Shown in pieces: positions 35,755-44,162 of a stretch of 64,000 nucleotides of DNA. Below the pieces are notes generated by a model. The model was not told the origin of the DNA. It did not search any database and saw nothing but the letters and a program-made list of their open reading frames with translations. A program made the position numbers and the translations under genes. The stretch's first letter is position 1; every line of letters begins with the position of its first letter. The stretch is from Nitrososphaerales archaeon. GTDB taxonomy: Archaea; Thermoproteota; Nitrososphaeria; Nitrososphaerales; UBA213. The stretch is from NCBI GenBank assembly GCA_046759465.1, contig JBHICH010000001.1, positions 9,953 to 73,952 of the forward strand. Reading direction: 5' to 3'.

Positions 35755-36900
35755 TTATTTTAATGCAAGTTTTATCAGAGTGGGATCTGGTTCATAAAAA
35801 CTGCCATAAGTTTTTGCGGCGTTTCTTAACTCACTTACAAGTGTGCTTAAACCGAATTTTTCTGCAATCGGAAACAGCCCTTCTTTCAGACCCATCCCAA
35901 ACTTCATTGCTTTGTCCACATCTCCTCTGTTGCTCACACCGTTGGTAATCAGCCAAGAAGCATTATTGACAACAACTGCAAGCAATCTAATTGGGTTGTA
36001 ACGCTCAGCATCCTCTTTTGATAGTTTCACCCTTTCATAGTTGTCGCTCTTGTATTCGTAAAATCCCTTGCCAGATTTCTGACCGTAGCTTTTGTTATTG
36101 AACAGTTCCTCAACTATAGGGCACGGATTTATAACACGTTTATCTCTAGAGTACATCTCAGCCGTTGCTTTATGTACAACATCTATGCCGGTGTAGTCTG
36201 CAAGCTCGAATATCCCCATTGGAAATCCTAGTTTGAACTTTACCGCAGCATCGATCTCTGTAATTTTTGCAGATTCACGCTGCAGTGACCAGGCAGCTTC
36301 GTGCACAAGTGGTATAAAGATGCGATTAACTATGAAACCTGCAACATCCTTACCACACAATACAGGTTCCTTGCCAACGTTTTTGACATATTGCATAGTA
36401 GCATCGATCAGATTACTTTCAGTCTTTGCTCCAGGTATTACTTCTACTAATGGCATCAATTGTGGGGGATTAAAGAAGTGTATACCGATGAATCTGTTTG
36501 GCCTGCTTGTTGTATTTGCAATTTCTGTAATTGGTAGTGTGCTGGTGTTGGAAGCAAACATAGTATTACTTGGAGCTAATGCATCAACTTCAGCAAAAAC
36601 TTTTTTCTTGACGTTCATATCTTCTGGAACTGCTTCTATCATGAGATCGCTGTTGTTCAAAGCTTCCTTTAGATCTACCGACGTGCTTATCCTTGCAAGT
36701 ATATTTTCAGAATCTTTGCTCGATATCTTGCCCTTTTCAACTAGCTTTTTTAAACTCCACCTTATCTTCTCCATAGCTTTATCCAGAAAAGACTGATCTA
36801 TGTCACGCATAGCAACAGTGTATCCTGCCATTGCAGATACTTGAGCAATCCCATGCCCCATGATTCCTGATCCCAAGACAGTTATTTTCTTGATGTTCAT
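35755..36900 (-). CDS. hbd: 3-hydroxyacyl-CoA (3-hydroxybutyryl-CoA) dehydrogenase
   Basis: ITVLGSGIMGHGIAQ NAD-binding N-terminus and 3HCDH C-terminal domains. I prefer ATG 36900 (MNIKKITVLG). Confidence 0.85.
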   Translation of the reverse strand: MNIKKITVLGSGIMGHGIAQVSAMAGYTVAMRDIDQSFLDKAMEKIRWSLKKLVEKGKISSKDSENILARISTSVDLKEALNNSDLMIEAVPEDMNVKKKVFAEVDALAPSNTMFASNTSTLPITEIANTTSRPNRFIGIHFFNPPQLMPLVEVIPGAKTESNLIDATMQYVKNVGKEPVLCGKDVAGFIVNRIFIPLVHEAAWSLQRESAKITEIDAAVKFKLGFPMGIFELADYTGIDVVHKATAEMYSRDKRVINPCPIVEELFNNKSYGQKSGKGFYEYKSDNYERVKLSKEDAERYNPIRLLAVVVNNASWLITNGVSNRGDVDKAMKFGMGLKEGLFPIAEKFGLSTLVSELRNAAKTYGSFYEPDPTLIKLALK

Positions 36901-36994
36901 GAGCAATACAAGCATAAGGAGCTATAGTTTTTAAAATTGTCTATAGTAATTCATTATAAAATTTAAATTACGAGTCAGAGTTGAATCAGCTAGA

Positions 36995-37654
36995 TTGGAT
37001 TTAGAGAAGTTCACACGAGATGTGAACGATGTTGCGTACAAGACTTGCGTGAACGAAGACCAGATCGTTCTGCAACGGGTTAACTTTGTGAAGCAGAAAC
37101 TGATCGACCTCTACAAGAGAAATTTGGTCAAGATAAACCATTCGGTAATGGAGATGGTGTGTGCAAAGCATCTGATAAAATATGGCTATGAAGTGGATGT
37201 TGAACGACAGTTACCAGACTCTCTTGTTTGCGACATTTATGCAACAAAAGGTGAAGGCAGTTTCATAGTGGAAATAGAAACTGGTTTTACCCCGCCAGAG
37301 CATGCTCTTGACCCTGTAGGATACTACGTTGCTAGAATTGAAAGCAAGATAGCAAGATACAGCCAGTTTGCAAGCAAGTTTGCACTGGCAACACCCCTAG
37401 TAAGCGTTCTTCCGATTCCTGAGATATTCCTGAAACCGCCTCGAACTAGAAAGACTAGCGAAATAAAGAAGGTCAAAGAATTGTGTGATAAATACTACAA
37501 AAACCCACCCATAAATGAAAGCGAAATTTTGAACGGAAGGCTTCATTCCATCTATATAATGAATATAGATGATGCAATTGTTAACGAACTTGACCCCGAA
37601 TCCTATCAAGAACTTATAAGAGACCTTAGCACTTCTTCAGGATTTGAGGTATAA
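36995..37654 (+). CDS. Hypothetical protein with a PD-(D/E)xK nuclease-like core
   Basis: 219 aa, TTG start. EMVCAKHLIKYGYEVDVERQLPDSLVCDIYATKGEGSFIVEIETG parallels the helix(E)-strand-strand(D)-strand(ExK) layout of Hjc-like nucleases, but reads E-I-E-T instead of E-x-K. Confidence 0.45.
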   Translation: MDLEKFTRDVNDVAYKTCVNEDQIVLQRVNFVKQKLIDLYKRNLVKINHSVMEMVCAKHLIKYGYEVDVERQLPDSLVCDIYATKGEGSFIVEIETGFTPPEHALDPVGYYVARIESKIARYSQFASKFALATPLVSVLPIPEIFLKPPRTRKTSEIKKVKELCDKYYKNPPINESEILNGRLHSIYIMNIDDAIVNELDPESYQELIRDLSTSSGFEV

Positions 37655-37679
37655 CCATTGAAAAGAATCGCATAAAGAC

Positions 37680-37690
37680 TTAAATCTAAT
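37680..37690 (+). promoter_or_regulatory. TATA-like box for the 229-nt RNA candidate
   Basis: TTAAATCTAAT is centred ~24 nt upstream of G37708. It resembles the box upstream of tRNA-Phe (TTAAATTT). Confidence 0.35.
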
Positions 37691-37707
37691 GTTGCCGGTA
37701 TTTCTCT

Positions 37708-37936
37708 GCCATCCAGTCGAAAAAGAAGATGGTTCATCGCTTGAGCTTGGAGATTGGGGGAAGCCTTGATCTTCTGTGCAGAACGATGGGCGGCTGTGCC
37801 TCATCGCGGAAACTGTGGGGCAACTCACAGGAGTCTCATGGAGCACTAACGCGGGCGAACTGATGCATCGCGTGAGACGAAAAACTACGGCAACGGTGTA
37901 GACAGAAAACCACATCGTCTTCGAGTCTTGGATGGC
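37708..37936 (+). ncRNA. Candidate structured RNA (~229 nt), class unknown
   Basis: G+C-rich island between convergent genes. The 5'/3' closing helix is GCCATCCAG/TTGGATGGC, several internal helices can be drawn, TTTATTT follows immediately downstream, and there is no credible ORF. Confidence 0.45.
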
Positions 37937-37941
37937 TTTAT

Positions 37942-38508
37942 TTACGTATAGTATCCCGCGTGGGATTCTCTTCTTTTCTTTAGATATAGCATTATTCTTC
38001 CAGCGGCAAAACCGAAAACGAAACCACCGATATGCGCAAAGTATGCTATGTTGGCCATTCCGAATAATGCGAAAGGTACTTGCGCAATCAGCCAAAATAT
38101 TGCAAGCCTATCTCCCAATGCAGCTGCGATACCTATAACCCCTGATATGGCGCCTGATGCGCCAACCAATGGTACGTCTATTCCATTTCCAGTTATCAAA
38201 GCAAAAGCTGTATGCATACCAGAACCGGCAAACCCAGAAAGGAAGTAAATTAAGGCGAATCTTTTCGAACCAATATGTGGTTCGAGTATTCTACCAAGTG
38301 TGGTAAGTGCGATCATATTGAAGGCTATGTGCGCGATGTTCGCATGCAGGAACATTGATGAAACTGAGGATACCACGAACAATGCTGGGTTGTTTATTAT
38401 CGATATGGGCACTAGAGCAAAACCATAGATTCGATCTTCAGATACATACGTTGCGATAAACACTAAAACATTGATAGTCAACAGTGCTATAGTTACCGGC
38501 GCCCACAT
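37942..38508 (-). CDS. Rhomboid family intramembrane serine protease
   Basis: Six TM helices. GASGAISGVIG is the catalytic GxSG, and AHIGGFVFG carries the catalytic His. Confidence 0.85.
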   Translation of the reverse strand: MWAPVTIALLTINVLVFIATYVSEDRIYGFALVPISIINNPALFVVSSVSSMFLHANIAHIAFNMIALTTLGRILEPHIGSKRFALIYFLSGFAGSGMHTAFALITGNGIDVPLVGASGAISGVIGIAAALGDRLAIFWLIAQVPFALFGMANIAYFAHIGGFVFGFAAGRIMLYLKKRRESHAGYYT

Positions 38509-38609
38509 CTGTTATGAACTCCTTTTTCTTGACAGCTATGCAAACATACTATTTGAAGACTGTGTATGCTAATTTACTAAAGATAGACTATTCGAATCAA
38601 AACTCAAAA

Positions 38610-40109
38610 TTAACCATTCATAAATCTATCAAGATTGTACTTTTCTTTGCCCATCATTCTGTTGATCTTCTTGATCATTCCTTTCGCCTCCTTCATCTTC
38701 CTCTTGCTTATCCAGTAATATGCTTCGTCCAAAGTGTCCTTTGTTATCAGCACAACGACCCTTCCTGGAGCCTTTCTACCTGTCCTTCCCTTTCTCTGCA
38801 GGAATCTGATCGCACTTGGCACATTGTCGTAAAACACAACCAAGTTACATTCCGATATATCAAGACCTTCCTCTCCAACCTGGGTTGCAACAAGTACTTT
38901 GTATTCGCCTTCCCTGAATTTATCCACAACATCTACCTGTGCCTTTTGTTTTAACCCTCTCTCGCCAGCTTTGCCAATAAGGTAAGCTGCATTGAAACCC
39001 ATCTCTTTGAGCTTATTGTATAGAACCTCTACAGAATCTCTATAGCTTGTAAATACCAGAATCTTGCTATCTATGCCTATTAATATCTCCTTTAACTTGT
39101 CCACCTTAGGATGTTCTATGCCACTTATTTCTGCCCCTCTGGCAAATTCGTAAGCAGTCTTGAAATTTGAATCTAGAAACAGGTCCCTGATGCCAATCCC
39201 TCTTTTATCCTTAAGACGATCGCAGAACTTCAAGAACGACGTTACGCCTTGAGTATCAAGTATATTCAACGCGTGGCTGATCCTTATCGCAGTGTATAGT
39301 GCCTTGCTAGCACTTCTGTTTACGTACAGATAATCCCTAGCTCTAATCAACTCGCTTGTGGAAACCTTACTGCTACGCAAGAGTCCCTTCTCTCTCAATT
39401 CGTTCGTCCTAACTTCAAGTGCAGACATTAATCTTGATCTAATCTGTTTTAGAACTACAGGCATCTCGACATGGATCCATTCTATATTGGTTTCATGAAT
39501 GTAGGGTTTTACATCATCACTTGTTTCATCCCTCATCTCGATCTTCTTTATTCCCAAGTTGTTCACCATCTCGCTTGCCCTGACACGGTCGCTTGGAACT
39601 GTAGCGGTCATTCCGACTATCCTTGGATTGTTTTGCTTGATCAGAGACGCAATACTACAGTAAGCGTAGTCTCCTATCGCTCGATGAGCTTCATCAAATA
39701 TTACTAGTGAAAAATCTTCATGTTTGATGACACGCCGATCAAGATCATTCAAAGTTATCTGCGGTGTGGCGCAAATCGCGCTATTATCCCACGCCTTTTT
39801 CCTCTCGCTCATAACATCCTCTCCAGTGACCATTGAAATGTCGAATATCTGTAGATGATTTTTCAAAAATTCGTAGTGCTGATTAACCAAAACTCTTGTA
39901 GGTGCTAAAAACAGGCATCTTTTCTTACTCTTCGCTAACGTTTCTGCAATCACAATCAAGGCAATCGTTGTCTTTCCCAATCCAGTAGGAAGCACGACGA
40001 GAGTGTTATTTTGCAATGCGATATTCGCCAGGGAAATCTGATAATCACGCCTTTCGATGCTTCTTGGCTTTATCATTTTGTGTTCGATCCACGCTTTTTC
40101 GTTGCTCAA
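38610..40109 (-). CDS. Hef/FANCM/Mph1-like SF2 helicase (helicase domains only, no XPF nuclease domain)
   Basis: RDYQ...VLPTGLGKT (motif I), FDEAH (II), MTAT (III), and a C-terminal RecA-like domain with QRKGRTGR (VI). The protein ends after ~499 aa. Confidence 0.85.
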   Translation of the reverse strand: MSNEKAWIEHKMIKPRSIERRDYQISLANIALQNNTLVVLPTGLGKTTIALIVIAETLAKSKKRCLFLAPTRVLVNQHYEFLKNHLQIFDISMVTGEDVMSERKKAWDNSAICATPQITLNDLDRRVIKHEDFSLVIFDEAHRAIGDYAYCSIASLIKQNNPRIVGMTATVPSDRVRASEMVNNLGIKKIEMRDETSDDVKPYIHETNIEWIHVEMPVVLKQIRSRLMSALEVRTNELREKGLLRSSKVSTSELIRARDYLYVNRSASKALYTAIRISHALNILDTQGVTSFLKFCDRLKDKRGIGIRDLFLDSNFKTAYEFARGAEISGIEHPKVDKLKEILIGIDSKILVFTSYRDSVEVLYNKLKEMGFNAAYLIGKAGERGLKQKAQVDVVDKFREGEYKVLVATQVGEEGLDISECNLVVFYDNVPSAIRFLQRKGRTGRKAPGRVVVLITKDTLDEAYYWISKRKMKEAKGMIKKINRMMGKEKYNLDRFMNG

Positions 40110-40152
40110 TTATATAATGTACTCTTAACAAAAGCACTGTAAAAAGTTTGCA

Positions 40153-40187
40153 TGATCGCAAAGTATTTAAGGTGAAAAATTTGCGAT
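40153..40187. promoter_or_regulatory. Perfect 9-bp inverted repeat bracketing a TATA-like box in the hef-polB divergent spacer
   Basis: GATCGCAAA (40153-40161) and TTTGCGATC (40179-40187). TATTTAAG (40163-40170) lies between them, ~50 nt upstream of the polB ATG at 40219. Confidence 0.35.
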
Positions 40188-40218
40188 CCGTTAATTAGCC
40201 TGGTAAGTTAAAAATAAG

Positions 40219-42813
40219 ATGCAAGGAATAGCTATGCAAATGTCAAGCAAGTCTGATCTTGCGCTAAGAATAAAGGAGCTTGCTCAAGATACTTCCAAGC
40301 TGGAGCCGTCGCTGCTGGTTTCTGCAACATATGATGGCGAAAAGAAGATTGTGATTCTAAAGTTTTACCACTCTACAAGTAGGAGGATCCATCTATGGTA
40401 CGATAATACAGGGCATAAACCATATTGCTATACAAAATTAAAGCCTGAAGAACTTTCGCTGTTAAAGGATAGGAGAGACATACGTGGTATAGAAACGGAA
40501 CGGAAGATGGCTCTGTTAAATGATCAGCAAGTTCTTTTAACTAAAATAGTGGCTGAAGACCCGCTAGCAATTGGAGGTACTACGACAGAAAAGAGTGTAA
40601 GAAATCTTTTCGAAGCTTGGGAGGCCGACATCAAGTACCATGAGAACTACCTTTATGATAGTGGTCTGATCGTTGGCACATATTACTCCATAAATGACGG
40701 TAAACTTCTGCCTCATAGTTACAAAGTGGCAGAACAGGTAGAACTTGCATTGAAGAGCTTGATGTGGGAAAAGATCACAGAAAGCATAAGTGGCGATGGT
40801 GACGGAGAATCGCGTAAATACATTACTGACTGGGCGAGGTTGCTAAACCAGCCTATACCAGAAATCAAGAGAGCTGCACTCGATATTGAGGTTGTTTCCG
40901 AAGAGGAGAGAATTCCAGACGCCAAGCACGCTGAAAATAAAGTTATTGCTGTATCATTTGTCGGAAGTGATGGAGTAAACGAAGTTTTTGTGCTGAGGCA
41001 TGGCAACGTTGAGACAGGAGATAACAAACTGAATGATAATGTGAAGTTGGAATTTTTTGATGATGAAGAAGAAATGCTACGAACAGTTTTTAGTAGGATG
41101 CTTGACTATCCATTTATAATAACATTTAACGGCGATGATTTTGATATGCCATATCTCTACTATAGGGCACAGAACATTGGCATATCAAAAGATGAAATAC
41201 CGATAGTGATGCAGAGAGATGCTGCCACACTGAAGCATGGAGTACATATCGATCTTTACAGAACGTTCTCAAATCGTTCAGTGCAGATCTATGCATTCGG
41301 CCACAAATATTCTGAATATACACTTGATGCTGTAAGTGAAGCATTGATTGGACAGTCAAAGATTCAGTTCGATGGAGGAATTGCGGAGATTCCATTGTAT
41401 GACTTGGCTAGGTATTGTCATAATGATTCAAAAATAACTTTCGAGCTAACAAACTTTAGCAACGATCTTTTGATGAAGCTGCTTGTCGTTGTCAGCAGAG
41501 TCGCGAGAATGCCAATTGATGATATCTCCAGACTAGGAGTTTCACAGTGGATAAGAAGCATGCTTTACTTTGAGCATAGAAAGCAAAATCTGCTGATACC
41601 TCGTAGAGAGGAACTGGATTCAAAGAGCCAAGCATCAACTACAGCAATAATCAAAGATAAAAAGTACAGAGGAGGATTAGTTGTTGAGCCAAAAGCGGGT
41701 GTTCACTTTAATGTTGTCGTGCTTGACTTTGCTAGCCTGTACCCTAGCATAATGAAAGTGCATAACTTGTCGTATGAGACAGTTAGGTGTGTGCATGACG
41801 GTTGCAAGTCAAATACCATACCAGAAACAGAACATTGGGTATGCAGGAAGAGAAGAGGAATGGAATCGCTATTGATTGGCTCGCTGAGGGACTTAAGGGT
41901 GAACTACTACAAGCATCTGGCAAGAGAAAGGTCACTGTCGAAGGAAGAGATCGAGTTGTATAACATCATCAGCCAAGCATTGAAGGTAATTTTGAATGCA
42001 AGTTACGGCGTCATGGGTGCGGAGATATTTCCTCTATACTGCCTGCCTGTTGCTGAAGCAACCGCATCTATTGGAAGGTACACCATTACCAAGACCATTG
42101 AAAAATGCAACAAATTAAGCATCCAGGTTGTGTATGGAGATACAGATTCTTTATTCCTGAAAGGACCCTCAAATAGACAGATAGAGGGCATTTCAGCATG
42201 GGCGAAGAAGGAGTTGGGCGTTGATTTAGACCTTGAGAAGCAGTACAGATATGTTGCATTTAGCGCAAGGAAGAAGAACTACCTTGCAGTCTTATCCGAT
42301 GGTACAGCTGATATCAAAGGCTTGACTGGGAAGAAAAGTCACACACCTCAGTTTATAAGAGATGCATTTTATGATGTTGTTGATATACTGGCCAAGGTTA
42401 ACACCGAAGCTGATTTTGAAGATGCTAGAGAAAAGATTAAGAAGATAGTTAAGGACAATGCAACCAGATTGAAATCAAAGGAAATTCCGTTCACAGAATT
42501 GGCATTCAATGTTATGGTAGGAAAATCTCCAAGGGAATACAAAAAAACAGTTCCACAACATATCAGAGCCGCAGAGCTGTTGGAAAAAGCTGGAAAAAGA
42601 GAGGTTAAGGCTGGAGATATCATAGCGTACATAAAGACAATAACACCGCCAGGCGTAAAACCGGTTGAACTTGCGAAATCAGATGAAATAGATACTGAAA
42701 AATATCTAGAACATATGGAGAGTACGTTTGATCAAATTTTATCCGCACTTGGTTACGAATTTGACGTTATACTTGGTGCATCAAAATTGGAAGATTTTTT
42801 CTTCGATAATTGA
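40219..42813 (+). CDS. polB: DNA polymerase, family B
   Basis: Exo motifs (LDIEV, FNGDDFDMPYL), polymerase motifs LDFASLYPSI, KVILNASYG and VYGDTDS. No intein. The exact start (40219, 40234 or 40240) is uncertain. Confidence 0.95.
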   Translation: MQGIAMQMSSKSDLALRIKELAQDTSKLEPSLLVSATYDGEKKIVILKFYHSTSRRIHLWYDNTGHKPYCYTKLKPEELSLLKDRRDIRGIETERKMALLNDQQVLLTKIVAEDPLAIGGTTTEKSVRNLFEAWEADIKYHENYLYDSGLIVGTYYSINDGKLLPHSYKVAEQVELALKSLMWEKITESISGDGDGESRKYITDWARLLNQPIPEIKRAALDIEVVSEEERIPDAKHAENKVIAVSFVGSDGVNEVFVLRHGNVETGDNKLNDNVKLEFFDDEEEMLRTVFSRMLDYPFIITFNGDDFDMPYLYYRAQNIGISKDEIPIVMQRDAATLKHGVHIDLYRTFSNRSVQIYAFGHKYSEYTLDAVSEALIGQSKIQFDGGIAEIPLYDLARYCHNDSKITFELTNFSNDLLMKLLVVVSRVARMPIDDISRLGVSQWIRSMLYFEHRKQNLLIPRREELDSKSQASTTAIIKDKKYRGGLVVEPKAGVHFNVVVLDFASLYPSIMKVHNLSYETVRCVHDGCKSNTIPETEHWVCRKRRGMESLLIGSLRDLRVNYYKHLARERSLSKEEIELYNIISQALKVILNASYGVMGAEIFPLYCLPVAEATASIGRYTITKTIEKCNKLSIQVVYGDTDSLFLKGPSNRQIEGISAWAKKELGVDLDLEKQYRYVAFSARKKNYLAVLSDGTADIKGLTGKKSHTPQFIRDAFYDVVDILAKVNTEADFEDAREKIKKIVKDNATRLKSKEIPFTELAFNVMVGKSPREYKKTVPQHIRAAELLEKAGKREVKAGDIIAYIKTITPPGVKPVELAKSDEIDTEKYLEHMESTFDQILSALGYEFDVILGASKLEDFFFDN

Positions 42814-42836
42814 CAAATTAAAAAGTCTTATATGTA

Positions 42837-42977
42837 ATGAATCTAGATAGTAATAGGGCGCGGATGGAGGTATTTCAAAAAAGCCCAGCTGGAATGACGA
42901 TTTACGATAAAGTTATAGACTTTGTTATCCAAGAAAAATTTTCTATTTATACAACAAAGAAGGGTGAAGAAAGATAG
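42837..42977 (+). CDS. Possible micro-ORF (46 aa)
   Basis: Hand translation gives MNLDSNRARMEVFQKSPAGMTIYDKVIDFVIQEKFSIYTTKKGEER*. It fills the polB-dys gap. No motif recognised. Confidence 0.2.
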   Translation: MNLDSNRARMEVFQKSPAGMTIYDKVIDFVIQEKFSIYTTKKGEER

Positions 42978-43042
42978 AGAACAGAGATTATAGACATTCA
43001 TTCACAGGGAAAAAAATACCTCATGCTAGAATTAGTCCAAAC

Positions 43043-44068
43043 ATGGACGTATCTGAACTAATTGAACTTTACGCTTCTGCTGGATACAACGCCAGAAAGC
43101 TTGGTGAGGCTGCTGAGTTGTTTTATAGAATGATTGATGATGATGCTACTATTTGTCTCACTATATCTGGAGCGATGACACCTATAGGCTATGGTGGTTT
43201 GGTAAAAGATCTCATAGAAAGAGGCTTTGTCGACTGGATAATCTCCACCGGCTCAAATATCTACCACGAGTCACACTTTGCTTGGGATCTGCCAATAAGG
43301 CAAGGCCATAACGAAGTTGACGATGATGTTCTTCACAAGAAGGACATAGTCAGGATATACGACGTCTACATAAAGGGAGAAGGAACGTTACTAGCACAGG
43401 ATAAGGTATTGCAGGAGGCGTTCGCTAACAATCTTGCGAACCATTATTTCACAACCGCGGAGTTCTGCCGCCTGATAGGAAGATGGGCGAAGAACTCCAA
43501 ATTTCCTGACAAGTCGTTCGTTGCATCAGCATACGACTACGATGTTCCGGTGTATATCTCAGCCCTCAAGGACTCGTCTCTAGCGCTGGACCTGATCCCG
43601 CTCAGGCTCGGGGGCAAGCGCTTCCTGCTGGACTTTGTCCGGGAGATAACAGAGCAAGCAGCAGTAGTCTACAATTCCAAGAAGTCTGGAGCTCTGGAGA
43701 TCGGTGGCGGTGTACCAAAGAATACCTTACAGCAGACCGCTCCTTCGCTTGACCAGATCCTGCATCTGAACCATGGCGGTCTGGACTACATAATACAGCT
43801 CACAGACGCTAGGCCCGATACTGGTGGCCTATCTGGAGCCACCCTGCAGGAGGGAAAAAGCTGGGGCAAGGTGAAGACGTCCCATGAAAATCTTATCACC
43901 GTGTATGGTGATGCATCGATATCATTTCCCTTGCTCTGCCTCTATGTCATCGCAAAGCACAAGCCAAGGCAACCCAAGCGACTCTACACCAAGCTTGACG
44001 AGTACTATGAAAGTTTGAAGTCGGTCTACAAATCAGAGAAGATTATGAGGAAGGTAAAGTCAAGGTAG
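43043..44068 (+). CDS. dys: Deoxyhypusine synthase
   Basis: ISGAMTPIGYGG...IISTGSNIYHE and the catalytic-Lys region EGKSWGK. Confidence 0.9.
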   Translation: MDVSELIELYASAGYNARKLGEAAELFYRMIDDDATICLTISGAMTPIGYGGLVKDLIERGFVDWIISTGSNIYHESHFAWDLPIRQGHNEVDDDVLHKKDIVRIYDVYIKGEGTLLAQDKVLQEAFANNLANHYFTTAEFCRLIGRWAKNSKFPDKSFVASAYDYDVPVYISALKDSSLALDLIPLRLGGKRFLLDFVREITEQAAVVYNSKKSGALEIGGGVPKNTLQQTAPSLDQILHLNHGGLDYIIQLTDARPDTGGLSGATLQEGKSWGKVKTSHENLITVYGDASISFPLLCLYVIAKHKPRQPKRLYTKLDEYYESLKSVYKSEKIMRKVKSR

Positions 44069-44162
44069 AGGCAGGTAACTAAAGTATACCTATCTTGAAC
44101 TTGAGAATAACCATCTAGAAACAGACTATTTTGTCCTCAATTTCGGAACAAATCTAGTTTAG

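Noticed and set aside
37708-37936. Identity of the 229-nt element as RNase P RNA, SRP RNA or a MITE
   Set aside because: RNase P does not fit: only ACAGAAAA resembles CR-V, there is no GAGGAAAGTCC-like CR-I, and a P4 cannot be drawn in the canonical order. SRP does not fit: CAGG...GGAGCA resembles helix 8, but no GNAR-capped hairpin forms, and the length is ~70 nt short. A MITE does not fit: the terminal 9-bp inverted repeat could be a TIR, but I see no target-site duplication, the element is G+C-rich unlike the host DNA, and no second copy exists in the window. None of these can be excluded without covariance-model or genome-wide searches.
37637-38095. 152-aa minus-strand ORF spanning the G+C-rich gap and the 3' end of the rhomboid gene
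   Set aside because: Its upstream half overlaps the rhomboid CDS in another frame. No start codon follows the rhomboid stop except a 55-codon remnant with odd composition (S/P/C-rich). The region is better explained by paired helices of an RNA.
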